DNA of 42,570 nucleotides from an uncultured Lentimicrobiaceae bacterium. GTDB taxonomy: Bacteria; Bacteroidota; Bacteroidia; Bacteroidales; UBA4417. The notes beneath the pieces are model-generated. The model was not told the origin of the DNA. It was given only the letters and a program-made list of their open reading frames with translations, and searched no databases. The stretch spans positions 10,898-53,467 of the forward strand of contig CAZOXJ010000004.1 in assembly GCA_964583325.1 (NCBI GenBank), written 5' to 3'. The position numbers and the translations under genes are program-made. Below, one piece after another: positions 9,201 to 17,922 of the stretch; within the stretch, counting starts at the first letter, position 1, and every line of letters begins with the position of its first letter.

Positions 9201-12120
9201 TCCACTTGCACTTTTCGAATATAATAATACATGTGTGGGAACGGCGGTTAACTTCACTGACTTATCACAGGTTAATTCAGGAACTACGATTGTTAACTGG
9301 CTTTGGGATTTTGGCGACCCGATTTCGGGAACCAATAATACATCTACCTTACAAAATCCGCTGCATATATATAATACTGCCGGAACTTACACAGTCCTTC
9401 TGCTTGTCGAAAATGCTTCCGGTTGTCCTGATACCATTTCGAAAGTAATAGAAGTACAGCCCAAACCCGGAGTTGACTTCGATTGGGAAAGCACCTGCCT
9501 TGGTACAACAACCGAGTTCACAACAAATACTACAGTTACCAATGTTGGAGCTGTTGCGTCATTCGACTGGGATTTTGGTGATGGAACTCCTCATAATACT
9601 TCGCAGCAAAATCCTTTGCATGTGTATACAACCACAGGTAGTTTTACTGTTACACTTACCATAGTTGATACAGCAGGTTGCGAGAATTCAGTTTCACATA
9701 TTGTTGATATTACTCCTCAGCCGAGTGCTCTCTTCAGTATTTCAAGCGCTTGCCTCGGTGCAAAAACTTATTTCACTGATGAGTCATTTACTTCAAGTGG
9801 CGAACCGATTGTTGCCTGGTTCTGGGATTTCGGAGTAACCTCAGCTACCAATGATACTTCGAATATTCAAAATCCAAACTGGACTTATACCACACTCGGT
9901 GTTTATAACGTAAGCCTGATTGTAACTTCGCAAAACGGTTGCCAGGATACAACAGCAATGACGATTCAGGTATTCAGCAACCCGACTGCTAATTTTATTT
10001 ATACCGCAGCGCCATGTGATGAAGGTGCTGTTTATTTCCAGGATTCTTCGTATAACCAGCAAGCAACAATTGTAGGCTGGAACTGGGAGTTTGAACCCAA
10101 CCATTTTTCAACTCTTCAAAATCCGGTTTATGTATTTTACGCAACCGACTCATGTTATAATGTACGCTTAATAGCAACTGATGTCAGAGGATGCGTTGAT
10201 ACTGTATTCAAGAGTGTATGTGTACCGGCAGATTTTGATTTTACGTTTGCAATTTCACCCACCTGTTTTAAGGATACAACCTATTTTACACCTCAGCTCC
10301 TTGCGCCTTTGACAGATTCGCTCGTGTTCTTTAACTGGAATTTCGGCGATCCGGCCTCAGGGATTTATAATACGTCAACCTTACGTTTGCCTTCGCACTA
10401 TTATTCGCAGCCAGGTACTTATACAATAAGCCTTCAGGCAATTGATATTAACAATTGTCCGAAAACCAAATACCTGTCATTAGTGGTGCATCCTTTACCG
10501 ATTCCAGCTTTTACTTTTACCAGTGGTATTTGCGACAGCACAATTTACTTTAATGAGTCTTCGTCAGGAAACGGAAGTAATATAACTAATTGGATATGGA
10601 GTTACGGCGATGGGAATATTGATACCGTGTTTGCACCTGATCCTCCGGATCTGTCGCATTTATATAATTCTGCAGGTCTTTTCATTGTGAGTCTTTCTGT
10701 TACAAATACAAATGGATGTACCGAAATTTTAACTGATAGCAATGTACTTGTAAAACCATGTATTGATGCTGAATTTGAACTGATCGATACACTGATTTGT
10801 CAGAATAATATGTTGTCATTTGCCGATAGCAGTTTCAGCGGATTGCCAACAAGCGAATGGTACTGGGATTTTGGCGATGGGAATGATACAACGTATTACT
10901 CTTATGCAAATCCGGTAAATCATGTTTTTGAAACAGCTGGTACTTTTAGTGTTAAAATGCGAATCTCCACTTTTGTGGCCGGACAAAAGGTGAGCGACTC
11001 GACTCAGCTTACCGTTTTTGTAAATCCTACACCTTTACCTGATTTTACTTTTGGTAAAGTTTGTTACCTTCAAAATGCTGTTTTTACGAACATGACTTCC
11101 GGTAACGGAACACAGATAAGTAATTACAACTGGAGTTTCGGGGAGCCGACATCAGCCCCGAATGATACTTCTACAGTTCGGAACCCGACTCACCTTTATA
11201 ATGCTCCGGGCAATTATGATGTGCAACTTGTTGCAAAAAATACAATCGGGTGTATTGATTCAATCCTTAAACCACTTATTGTTTATGGTTTGCCCGATGC
11301 AAATTATTCTTATTCCTTGTCCTGTGCAGGTGATAAAACCAGTTTTACTGATTTGTCGGTTCTGGCGGTAGCTCCTCTCATTGAATGGGATTGGACATTC
11401 AGCGATAACACCGGCGTTATAGGCCGAAATGAAGATCAAAACCCGGATTATATTTTCTATACACCCGGAGATTACCTTGTCAACCTGATGGTTAGGGATA
11501 CTAATGGCTGTGTTGATACTATTAACCAGAATGTAACAACCTGGAGTGTGCCAACTTCCATCTTTAATTATACTGACAACTTTAATGATGTACAGGGGCA
11601 ATTGCAATTTACCAATACATCTATTGACGCGACTAAATACTACTGGACTTTTGGTAACGGCGATGATTCGTACGGTGAAAATCCGGTGGCTTTCTATCAG
11701 AATGACGGCACCTATTCGATTACACTCATTACCTGGAATGACAAGGAATGTTCCGATACTATTACCATGGATTATAAGTTTATGGTTAAGGGATTGTATA
11801 TTCCAAATGCATTTTCACCCGGAAATCCAAAAACAAGCATACAACTATTAAAACCAGTTGGTATAAATCTGAAAGAATACCGTTTTGAGGTTTATGATCG
11901 CTGGGGTAATATGTTATGGTGGACTGATAAACTTGATAATTACGGCCGGCCAACCGAAGGATGGGATGGAAGATATAACGGCGTGCTGATGCAGGACGGA
12001 GCATATGTATGGGTTGCATCTGGAGTATTTAAAGATGGAACCATCTGGGATGCAGACAATATTGGTAACAATGATAATCTGCCGAAATCAAAAACCGGCA
12101 CAGCTACAATGCTTAAGTAA
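6277..12120 (+). CDS. Large surface protein: signal peptide, 21 PKD domains and a T9SS type B (gliding-motility-associated) C-terminal domain
   Basis: 21 WxWxFGD-like repeats of ~85 aa counted. C-terminus LYIPNAFSP...VYDRWG...WDG...DGAYVW. N-terminal signal peptide probably ending ILA|Q. ATG 6277 is preferred over TTG 6268. Confidence 0.93.
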   Translation: MRNKLQLSVFLILLILGVQGNFTKILAQPFVDYTYTGVCVGSPTLFTVDAVVTNVNAVQIWSWNFGDGFFSTIQNPTHTFAGVGNYTVTLTITDTNGAVGSVTHVVTIQKLPVANFTYATPNCSNDPVEFTDLSSTENGFIRYWIWNFGDGTPVDTIFFPEDPNPDHVFPNPGTFIVTLSVMNSDSCTDDFSMPVTVIPSPIANFYIDGKCEGQVVQFTDASFANGAGNVVAWSWDFDDPASGINNTSNLEDPIHTFANAGTYYVTLTVTNFNNCTDTIVKEVVINPPPPIEFTYTAACLNELIFFSPDTAIMEIGTIQTWLWDFGDGITSNSPYTSHSYIATGSYTVTLTVTDTSDCESVISKIVQVNPLPFAHFDAGTSNCAEATVTFTNLSSTTAGYIIRWEWDFGDGNTQIVNFPLNPSVTHVYALPGTYPVTLTIKSSDSCTGTTTQNIDIHPNPVANFDFTTPTCLGTAVEFEDISQLNGAGSIVQWQWNFGDPGSGILNTASVFDPDHLFTAAGSFTVQLIVSTGNGCSDTVTRVVVVKPLPPVNFNTTHNCQNNDVIFTPDAILMNVATIGSWFWQFGDGVTSVLSNPTHIYTVAGTYNVTLTVIDTAGCTNQITKPITIVAEPTANFSSSTPACKDSQVQFTNLSSAFTGYIVKSEWNFGDGSPILTVTTLAPVFHTYTNYATFSVSLTVTTNDSCKRTIVIPITILPNPLANFSYATSCAGSPVVFNDLSQAGSGGLAGWSWNFGDPPSGSNNISTLPSPSHSFTAPGTYQVSLIVSNTGGCADTIVKPVIVHALPAVDFTSSPGCVNDSTHFVSSTFVNAGAVVSRVWDFGDGFTSTEIDPYHIYSASATYNVTLTVTDTAGCVNTKSHFVSIVPPPTSLFQVSAQTCANNPIFFINQSSTSGGTIISYFYEFGDGTDTLILAPANGNVSHTYAVAGTYTVILTVNTSLGCENESPRTITVSASPLALFEYNNTCVGTAVNFTDLSQVNSGTTIVNWLWDFGDPISGTNNTSTLQNPLHIYNTAGTYTVLLLVENASGCPDTISKVIEVQPKPGVDFDWESTCLGTTTEFTTNTTVTNVGAVASFDWDFGDGTPHNTSQQNPLHVYTTTGSFTVTLTIVDTAGCENSVSHIVDITPQPSALFSISSACLGAKTYFTDESFTSSGEPIVAWFWDFGVTSATNDTSNIQNPNWTYTTLGVYNVSLIVTSQNGCQDTTAMTIQVFSNPTANFIYTAAPCDEGAVYFQDSSYNQQATIVGWNWEFEPNHFSTLQNPVYVFYATDSCYNVRLIATDVRGCVDTVFKSVCVPADFDFTFAISPTCFKDTTYFTPQLLAPLTDSLVFFNWNFGDPASGIYNTSTLRLPSHYYSQPGTYTISLQAIDINNCPKTKYLSLVVHPLPIPAFTFTSGICDSTIYFNESSSGNGSNITNWIWSYGDGNIDTVFAPDPPDLSHLYNSAGLFIVSLSVTNTNGCTEILTDSNVLVKPCIDAEFELIDTLICQNNMLSFADSSFSGLPTSEWYWDFGDGNDTTYYSYANPVNHVFETAGTFSVKMRISTFVAGQKVSDSTQLTVFVNPTPLPDFTFGKVCYLQNAVFTNMTSGNGTQISNYNWSFGEPTSAPNDTSTVRNPTHLYNAPGNYDVQLVAKNTIGCIDSILKPLIVYGLPDANYSYSLSCAGDKTSFTDLSVLAVAPLIEWDWTFSDNTGVIGRNEDQNPDYIFYTPGDYLVNLMVRDTNGCVDTINQNVTTWSVPTSIFNYTDNFNDVQGQLQFTNTSIDATKYYWTFGNGDDSYGENPVAFYQNDGTYSITLITWNDKECSDTITMDYKFMVKGLYIPNAFSPGNPKTSIQLLKPVGINLKEYRFEVYDRWGNMLWWTDKLDNYGRPTEGWDGRYNGVLMQDGAYVWVASGVFKDGTIWDADNIGNNDNLPKSKTGTATMLK

Positions 12121-12133
12121 TCAATACATAATC

Positions 12134-12170
12134 AAAAGAAAAAAGCACCTTATGGGTGCTTTTTTCTTTT
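12134..12170. terminator. Bidirectional intrinsic terminator
   Basis: AAAAGAAAAAAGCACC-ttatg-GGTGCTTTTTTCTTTT between convergent genes. Confidence 0.88.
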
Positions 12171-12204
12171 ATCAATTGAGAATCTGTTTCTACAACATCC
12201 GTTT

Positions 12205-13737
12205 CTAAAATAGTTTCTTCCCTTTTCCACCAAACAATCCTCCGAGCAGGCCACGAACCAGAGCCCGGCCTAATTGTCCGCCAACCTGTTGTGTAACTGT
12301 CCGGCCAACTACCTTGGTTAAATCGCCAAATAAACCGGTGTCAGTATTTTTAGCCCGGTCTTTTTCTTCCCTGGCTTCAATTTTAGCCCTTTCGATTTCA
12401 GCTTTCTCTCTTTCTTTTTGCTCAAAAGCATCCTGCGTTTGTTTCAGCTGCGTATTGATACGTGTCTGAAGTATCTCGAATGCGGACTCGCGGTCAACCT
12501 CTCTTTCATAGACGCCTGCAATAACTGATCGTCTGATTATTGCAGTTCGTTCTTCGGGAGTAATAGGTCCGATCTGTGCTTGAGGAGGCATAATTTTGGC
12601 TTTTTCTACCATCGAAGGAATTCCTTTTTCGTCGAGGAACGAAACCAGGGCTTCACCCACACCAAGTTCCGTAATTACTTGTTCCACGTCGAGTGCAGGA
12701 TTGGGCCTGAAGGTTTCGGCGGCAGTTTTAACTGCTTTCTGGTCGCGGGGCGTAAATGCACGCAGGGCATGTTGAACTTTATTTCCAAGCTGACCTAGAA
12801 TCGTATCAGGAATATCAATGGGATTTTGAGTACAGAAATAAATCCCAACACCTTTCGAACGAATGAGGCGAACAACCTGTTCAACTTTTTCGATCAGTAC
12901 TTTTGGCGAATCATTAAATAAAAGATGAGCTTCATCAAAAAAGAAAACCAGTTTCGGTTTATCCATATCTCCGACTTCGGGAAGGCGCTCAAATAGTTCA
13001 GATAACAGGTATAGAAGTAGTGTGGAATAAGTCCGCGGAGCCATCATAAGCTTATCAGCAGCAAGGATATTGATCATACCCAAACCATTTGAATCCGTTT
13101 GCATGAAATCGAAAATGTCGATTGCCGGCTCTCTGAAAAACTTATCGGCATCCTGTTCTTCAAGCCCGATTAGTTCGCGTTGAATGGCGCCAATACTTGC
13201 AGCAGAAATATTTCCGTATGTTGTAATAAATTGTTCCCGGTTATTACCAACATATTCGCACATTTTCTGGAGGTCTTTTAAATCGAGTAACAATAAATTG
13301 TTATCGTCAGCAATCCTGAAAACGAGTGTTAAAACGCTGCTTTGTATATCGTTAAGGTTCATGAGGCGACCCAGTAACAAAGGTCCCATTTCCGAAATGG
13401 TGGTACGGAGCGGATGTCCCTGTTCTCCGTAAAGATCCCAGAATGTGACCGGGAAACTACGGTGTGTAAAGCCTTCTATCTGCATTTTAGCTATCCGGTC
13501 GGTAACACGCTGGTTGCCTTCACCTGATTTGCTTACGCCTGATAAATCGCCTTTTATATCCGACATAAAAACCGGCACACCTATTGAACTGAAAGCTTCA
13601 GCCATAACCTGAAGCGAAACTGTTTTTCCGGTTCCGGTGGCACCGGCTATTAATCCATGACGATTAGCCATTCTTTGATTCAGAAACATTTCTATTCCTG
13701 ACTTGGCTATGAGTAAATTACCCTCTGTTGTTATCAT
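12205..13737 (-). CDS. DUF853 / YjgR-family HerA-like P-loop ATPase
   Basis: [17 protein letters not shown] (Walker A), [18 protein letters not shown] (Walker B), [13 protein letters not shown] and QHALRAFTP. Gly-rich C-terminus. Confidence 0.9.
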   Translation of the reverse strand: MITTEGNLLIAKSGIEMFLNQRMANRHGLIAGATGTGKTVSLQVMAEAFSSIGVPVFMSDIKGDLSGVSKSGEGNQRVTDRIAKMQIEGFTHRSFPVTFWDLYGEQGHPLRTTISEMGPLLLGRLMNLNDIQSSVLTLVFRIADDNNLLLLDLKDLQKMCEYVGNNREQFITTYGNISAASIGAIQRELIGLEEQDADKFFREPAIDIFDFMQTDSNGLGMINILAADKLMMAPRTYSTLLLYLLSELFERLPEVGDMDKPKLVFFFDEAHLLFNDSPKVLIEKVEQVVRLIRSKGVGIYFCTQNPIDIPDTILGQLGNKVQHALRAFTPRDQKAVKTAAETFRPNPALDVEQVITELGVGEALVSFLDEKGIPSMVEKAKIMPPQAQIGPITPEERTAIIRRSVIAGVYEREVDRESAFEILQTRINTQLKQTQDAFEQKEREKAEIERAKIEAREEKDRAKNTDTGLFGDLTKVVGRTVTQQVGGQLGRALVRGLLGGLFGGKGKKLF

Positions 13738-13773
13738 AATATATGTTTTTCCTTTATTTAATTTGCCTACTTA

Positions 13774-13781
13774 CAAATATA
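13774..13781 (-). promoter_or_regulatory. -7 promoter box for the DUF853 gene
   Basis: Minus-strand TATATTTG ~37 nt upstream of the ATG. Confidence 0.55.
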
Positions 13782-13811
13782 TAGAAACTTTCAAACCAAA
13801 CTCACAGATAC

Positions 13812-13849
13812 AAAAAATCATGCCAGCCTTTTAAGGAAAGCATGATTTT
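13812..13849 (-). terminator. Intrinsic terminator downstream of the E1 gene
   Basis: Minus strand AAAATCATGC...CCTTAAAAGG...GCATGATTTTTT. Confidence 0.65.
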
Positions 13850-13909
13850 ATAATGTTCATTTTTAGAGATTATCCAGATTTTTTAATTCATCAATATAAG
13901 TTAAAAAAT

Positions 13910-13937
13910 GTCGGAAGTCGGGAGTCAGAAGTCGGAA
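13910..13937. repeat. Heptamer tandem repeat, 4 x GTCRGRA
   Basis: GTCGGAA GTCGGGA GTCAGAA GTCGGAA. Confidence 0.8.
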
Positions 13938-14013
13938 GAATCTAATTTGAAGTTCAATGATTTTCGTTCCTCGCCCCATCTAAAAGTTGAAATCAATAGT
14001 TTTAAACAAACTT

Positions 14014-16059
14014 TTAATATCCGAGCAGTTCTTTAGCAGCTTTATAAATACGTTCCTGATCAGGAAGAATTGCTTTTTCGAGTATCCTGTTAAATCCTAC
14101 CGGAGTAAATGTAGATCCTACACGTCGCACAGGAGCATCAAGAAACTGGAAACCTTCATCGGAGATCATGGCTGCAATTTCGCCGCCAAAACCACCAAAA
14201 ACCTTGTCCTCATGAACAACCAACACGCGACCTGTTTTCTTCACACTTGCCAGAATTGCGTCTTTATCAAGCGGTATCAGTGAGCGGATATCAACTACTT
14301 CAATGCTTTTCCCTGTTTCTTCAGCTATCTGATTAGCAACGGCAATGCTCATATGAGTTGTGTTTCCGTATGTAATGATGCTCATATCCTTACCATCTCT
14401 GCGGGTGCGGGCTTTCCCGAAAGGAACTTCAAATTCATCAGGGACAATGGTTTCTGCTATTGGATCGTTGTAAAGAGCTTTAGGTTCGAGAAATAGGGTA
14501 GGCCCTTTTGAGCGGATAGAGGTACGAAGCAGTCCGGCGGCATCGTCAGCGAAGGATGGGCATACAATGCGAACACCCGGAATTGCTGCCAGCGATCCTT
14601 CAATGTTCTGCGAGTGGTATAAACCGCCACCGATATAACCACCTGAAGCAAGCCTGATTGTTACATTTGGTGAAAACGCACCGTTGCTTCGCCAATAGTC
14701 GTGGGAAATTTCGAGATATTGCTCCATGGCAGGCCAGAAATAATCGGCAAATTCTGCGCCTTCAACCACAATCCTGATTTTATCGTTATAACGGCTCATG
14801 CCATTTGCAGTTCCCAGGATAAAATCCTCAGCAATCGGTCCATTGAAGATACGCTCTATACCAAATTCCTGCTGCATGCCTTTGGTAACATTAAAAATGC
14901 CCCCCTTTTCCTTGTTTGCTACATCCTGTCCCCATAAAAAGGTATCCGGATTGGCGCGGAATTCTTCTTTAAGTGTTTCGTTAAGAGCCTGGATGAATTT
15001 AAGTGAACGCCCTTCTTTTTGATTGTGAATTCCATCGGCGAATTTTACAGGGATATATGGTGCCGGCGAAACAAAATCAAAAATTGAATCAGGTGAAGGA
15101 TCAGGAGCAGCAAGAGCTTTGCGGTGTGCTGCCATCATTTCTTTCTGAGCCTGATCGTCAATTACTGCTAATTCCTCTTCGGTAAATCTGCCTGAATGCA
15201 ATAAAATGATACGGAACCTGTCGAGCGGATCACCGGCTTTAGCGCAATGTCTCTCGTTTTCATCGCGATAAAGCTCATGTTTATCGGAATTGGAGTGCGA
15301 ATGAATACGTACACATGAAGCATGAACAATTACGGGTTCCTGTTTTTCAATTGCGTGACGCTTAGCCATTTCCATGGCATTCATGGATGCAAAAATATTT
15401 TTGCCATCGCAATGTATGATTCTCAGATTTTTAAAACCCTTGAAATTATCAGCAGCATGGGCATTGGCTGATTGGTCGCGTTGAGGAACCGATATTCCGT
15501 ATCGGTTATCCTGAAATACAAATATTACAGGTAACTTTTCATTACTGGCCCCGTTAATAGCCTCGTAGACATAGCCTTCGGAGGTTGACGATTCGCCTTG
15601 CGAACTGATAGCCACACCTTTGCCACCATATCTTTTTATAGCACGGGCAACACCAACTGCATGTAGCGTATGATTTCCTGTGGCGGATGACACATTATGT
15701 ATATTCCATTCAGGTTTTGCAAAATGGTTCGACATATGGCGGCCTCCGCTTGCAAGGTCAGTTGCTTTCGAAATACCATTCAGTATAACTTCTTCAGCTG
15801 TAAGACCTGCCGAGATAGCTGTTAGCATATCGCGATAGTAAGGAAATAAGTGGTCGGTTTCATGGTCAAATGTCTGTCCGATAGCTAATTGTATTCCATC
15901 ATGACCGGCATAAGGTGCATGATACGACCATCCCAACGCTTGTTTCAGATAATTAGGTGCACGCTCATCGAGTTTGCGGCCAAGCACCATCAGGTAGTAC
16001 CATTTCTGTAATGTTTCTTTGTCAACAGTATCAACTTTGTACTCTTTACGCTTTTCCAT
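14014..16059 (-). CDS. 2-oxoacid (probably branched-chain) dehydrogenase E1, fused alpha/beta subunits
   Basis: Alpha part: PYYRD, SQGESSTSEG...QDNRYGIS (TPP motif) and HSHSNSD. Beta part: GQDV, EFADY, GGLYHSQ, FLEPKALY and VKKTGRVLVVHED. Confidence 0.92.
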   Translation of the reverse strand: MEKRKEYKVDTVDKETLQKWYYLMVLGRKLDERAPNYLKQALGWSYHAPYAGHDGIQLAIGQTFDHETDHLFPYYRDMLTAISAGLTAEEVILNGISKATDLASGGRHMSNHFAKPEWNIHNVSSATGNHTLHAVGVARAIKRYGGKGVAISSQGESSTSEGYVYEAINGASNEKLPVIFVFQDNRYGISVPQRDQSANAHAADNFKGFKNLRIIHCDGKNIFASMNAMEMAKRHAIEKQEPVIVHASCVRIHSHSNSDKHELYRDENERHCAKAGDPLDRFRIILLHSGRFTEEELAVIDDQAQKEMMAAHRKALAAPDPSPDSIFDFVSPAPYIPVKFADGIHNQKEGRSLKFIQALNETLKEEFRANPDTFLWGQDVANKEKGGIFNVTKGMQQEFGIERIFNGPIAEDFILGTANGMSRYNDKIRIVVEGAEFADYFWPAMEQYLEISHDYWRSNGAFSPNVTIRLASGGYIGGGLYHSQNIEGSLAAIPGVRIVCPSFADDAAGLLRTSIRSKGPTLFLEPKALYNDPIAETIVPDEFEVPFGKARTRRDGKDMSIITYGNTTHMSIAVANQIAEETGKSIEVVDIRSLIPLDKDAILASVKKTGRVLVVHEDKVFGGFGGEIAAMISDEGFQFLDAPVRRVGSTFTPVGFNRILEKAILPDQERIYKAAKELLGY

Positions 16060-16165
16060 TCCTGTTACTTAAAAATTTTTGAAAGTTCAGATAAAATAAC
16101 GACTTAAAGCCGATTTTGTTCGCAGTTTTAAAAAATCATTAAACAAAACCGGCAATACTAACAAT

Positions 16166-16735
16166 TTACCCCCGTATGATCGTGTACATGCCATCGTCGC
16201 GCAACCTTATAATTGTCGAAGGCTTAGCCCTGGTAAAGTAATCCTGCTTGTAGGAGACAATATAGTCAACTGAGTCCATAATTTCTGCTGCTATCTGGCT
16301 GAAAACCACGGGAGGATCGAATCCAGATATATTCGCAGAAGTGGATACAATGGGTTTGCCATATCGTCGGATCAGCTCATTGCAGAAATCATCTTTCACT
16401 ATACGTATGGCAATTGTTCCGTCGGCTGCAACTACATTTGGCGCCAGTTTACGGGCGTTGGAATAAATAATTGTTACCGGATTGGTAATGCTGTCGAGCA
16501 AATCGCCGGTAATTTCGGGTACTTTTTCAATGTAAATCGAAAGATTGTCAATGTGATCGAGTAAAACGATCAGACTTTTGGCTTCACTGCGGTTTTTAAT
16601 ACGGTAAACTTTCTCAACCGCTTTGGTGTTGGTTGCGTCACAACCAAGTCCCCAGATAGTATCAGTAGGGTAGAGGATTGTACCTCCTGCAGCAAGTACC
16701 TCCAGTGATTTTACTATGTCGTCTTCGAAATCCAT
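16166..16735 (-). CDS. tsaC: L-threonylcarbamoyladenylate synthase (TsaC/YrdC/Sua5 family)
   Basis: Motifs YPTDTIWGLGCD, KxR, STSANISG and PSTII. Confidence 0.92.
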   Translation of the reverse strand: MDFEDDIVKSLEVLAAGGTILYPTDTIWGLGCDATNTKAVEKVYRIKNRSEAKSLIVLLDHIDNLSIYIEKVPEITGDLLDSITNPVTIIYSNARKLAPNVVAADGTIAIRIVKDDFCNELIRRYGKPIVSTSANISGFDPPVVFSQIAAEIMDSVDYIVSYKQDYFTRAKPSTIIRLRDDGMYTIIRG

Positions 16736-16780
16736 GCTATATTAACAATTTTCAGGGTGTTTGGGTTTAGATTTCTGATA

Positions 16781-17902
16781 TTATTTTCTTACCAGATCTG
16801 AATATAAATTCATCAGATTGGCTGCAACCTTTTCTTCGTCAAACTGCCTCGAATGGTTAAATCCTTTTTCGATCATTGATTGCCGTAAATCGGAATTATT
16901 CAGCAACTTCAATAGTGCTGATCCAATTTGTTCCGTATTATACGGATCGCAATACAACGCGGCATCGCCTCCGGTTTCGGCAAAACAACTTCCGGTGCTG
17001 GTAATTACAGGAACTCCGGAGTTCAACGCTTCTAAAATAGGGATTCCAAATCCTTCGAAAACAGATGGATACACAAAAAGCATTGCGGATTGGTATAGGG
17101 AAGGTAAATCGGATGTTTCGATATTATGCCTGAAAATAATGCGTTTACCCGCCGGTTTATCTTTCAGGAAATCATTTATCTCCGAAATATAAGCTGTTGG
17201 TTTTCCTGCTATTACCAAAGGGAAATCAATATTCTCATTCAGGAAGGCCTTAATAAGCGACAAAGCATTTTTTCGTTTTTCGATCGTTCCAAGGAAAAGA
17301 ATATATTGATCAGGGAGATTGTATTTTTTCCTGACTTCTGATTTCCTTTCGGAGTTAACAGGAATGCGGAACACCGGATCGCACGACTGGTAAATTACTT
17401 GAATCTTCTTTGGATCAGTCCCGAAATTAGAAACAATATCGTCTTGGGTTGCTTTACTTATTGCAATTATTTTGTCGGCAGCCTTGCAGGCATATTTAAA
17501 TTTAAAAGAATAAATCTGCCTGTCAACAGCAGAATAATACTCAGGAAAACGCAAAAAAATCAAATCATGGATGGTGACTACCGATTTTGCATTTAATTTA
17601 TTAACGCTTATTGGAAGTTCATTACTTAGTCCGTGAAAAATATCAAGTTTCAGGTCATTAGCCTGATGTTTCAGGCTCCAGGAACGCCAATAATCAGGGA
17701 AAAAAGAGGAAAATCCATTTTCAGGTTTTACAATAAATTGATTTTCTGATGGCTGAAATATTTTTTTGTCAGGCTTACCCGAAAATAAATAATAGTTGTT
17801 ATACGGATAAAAGCGAGATAAAAGCCGCAATGTGCTCCGGCTATAATTACCCAGGCCACTGCGGTTTTGGAATACACGTTTCGCATCAAATCCTATATTC
17901 AT
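16781..17902 (-). CDS. Glycosyltransferase family 4 (GT-B)
   Basis: Motifs FDAKR, GLGNYSR, TIHDLIF, GTIEKRKN and YPSVFEGFGIPILEA. ATG 17902 is preferred over TTG 17911. Confidence 0.92.
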   Translation of the reverse strand: MNIGFDAKRVFQNRSGLGNYSRSTLRLLSRFYPYNNYYLFSGKPDKKIFQPSENQFIVKPENGFSSFFPDYWRSWSLKHQANDLKLDIFHGLSNELPISVNKLNAKSVVTIHDLIFLRFPEYYSAVDRQIYSFKFKYACKAADKIIAISKATQDDIVSNFGTDPKKIQVIYQSCDPVFRIPVNSERKSEVRKKYNLPDQYILFLGTIEKRKNALSLIKAFLNENIDFPLVIAGKPTAYISEINDFLKDKPAGKRIIFRHNIETSDLPSLYQSAMLFVYPSVFEGFGIPILEALNSGVPVITSTGSCFAETGGDAALYCDPYNTEQIGSALLKLLNNSDLRQSMIEKGFNHSRQFDEEKVAANLMNLYSDLVRK

Positions 17903-17922
17903 ATCAATCAATGATCAGCTTA

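Noticed and set aside
12205-13737. HerA-based anti-phage system
   Set aside because: No NurA, Sir2 or other nuclease partner is adjacent. The gene is monocistronic in a housekeeping context and looks like the DUF853/YjgR family.
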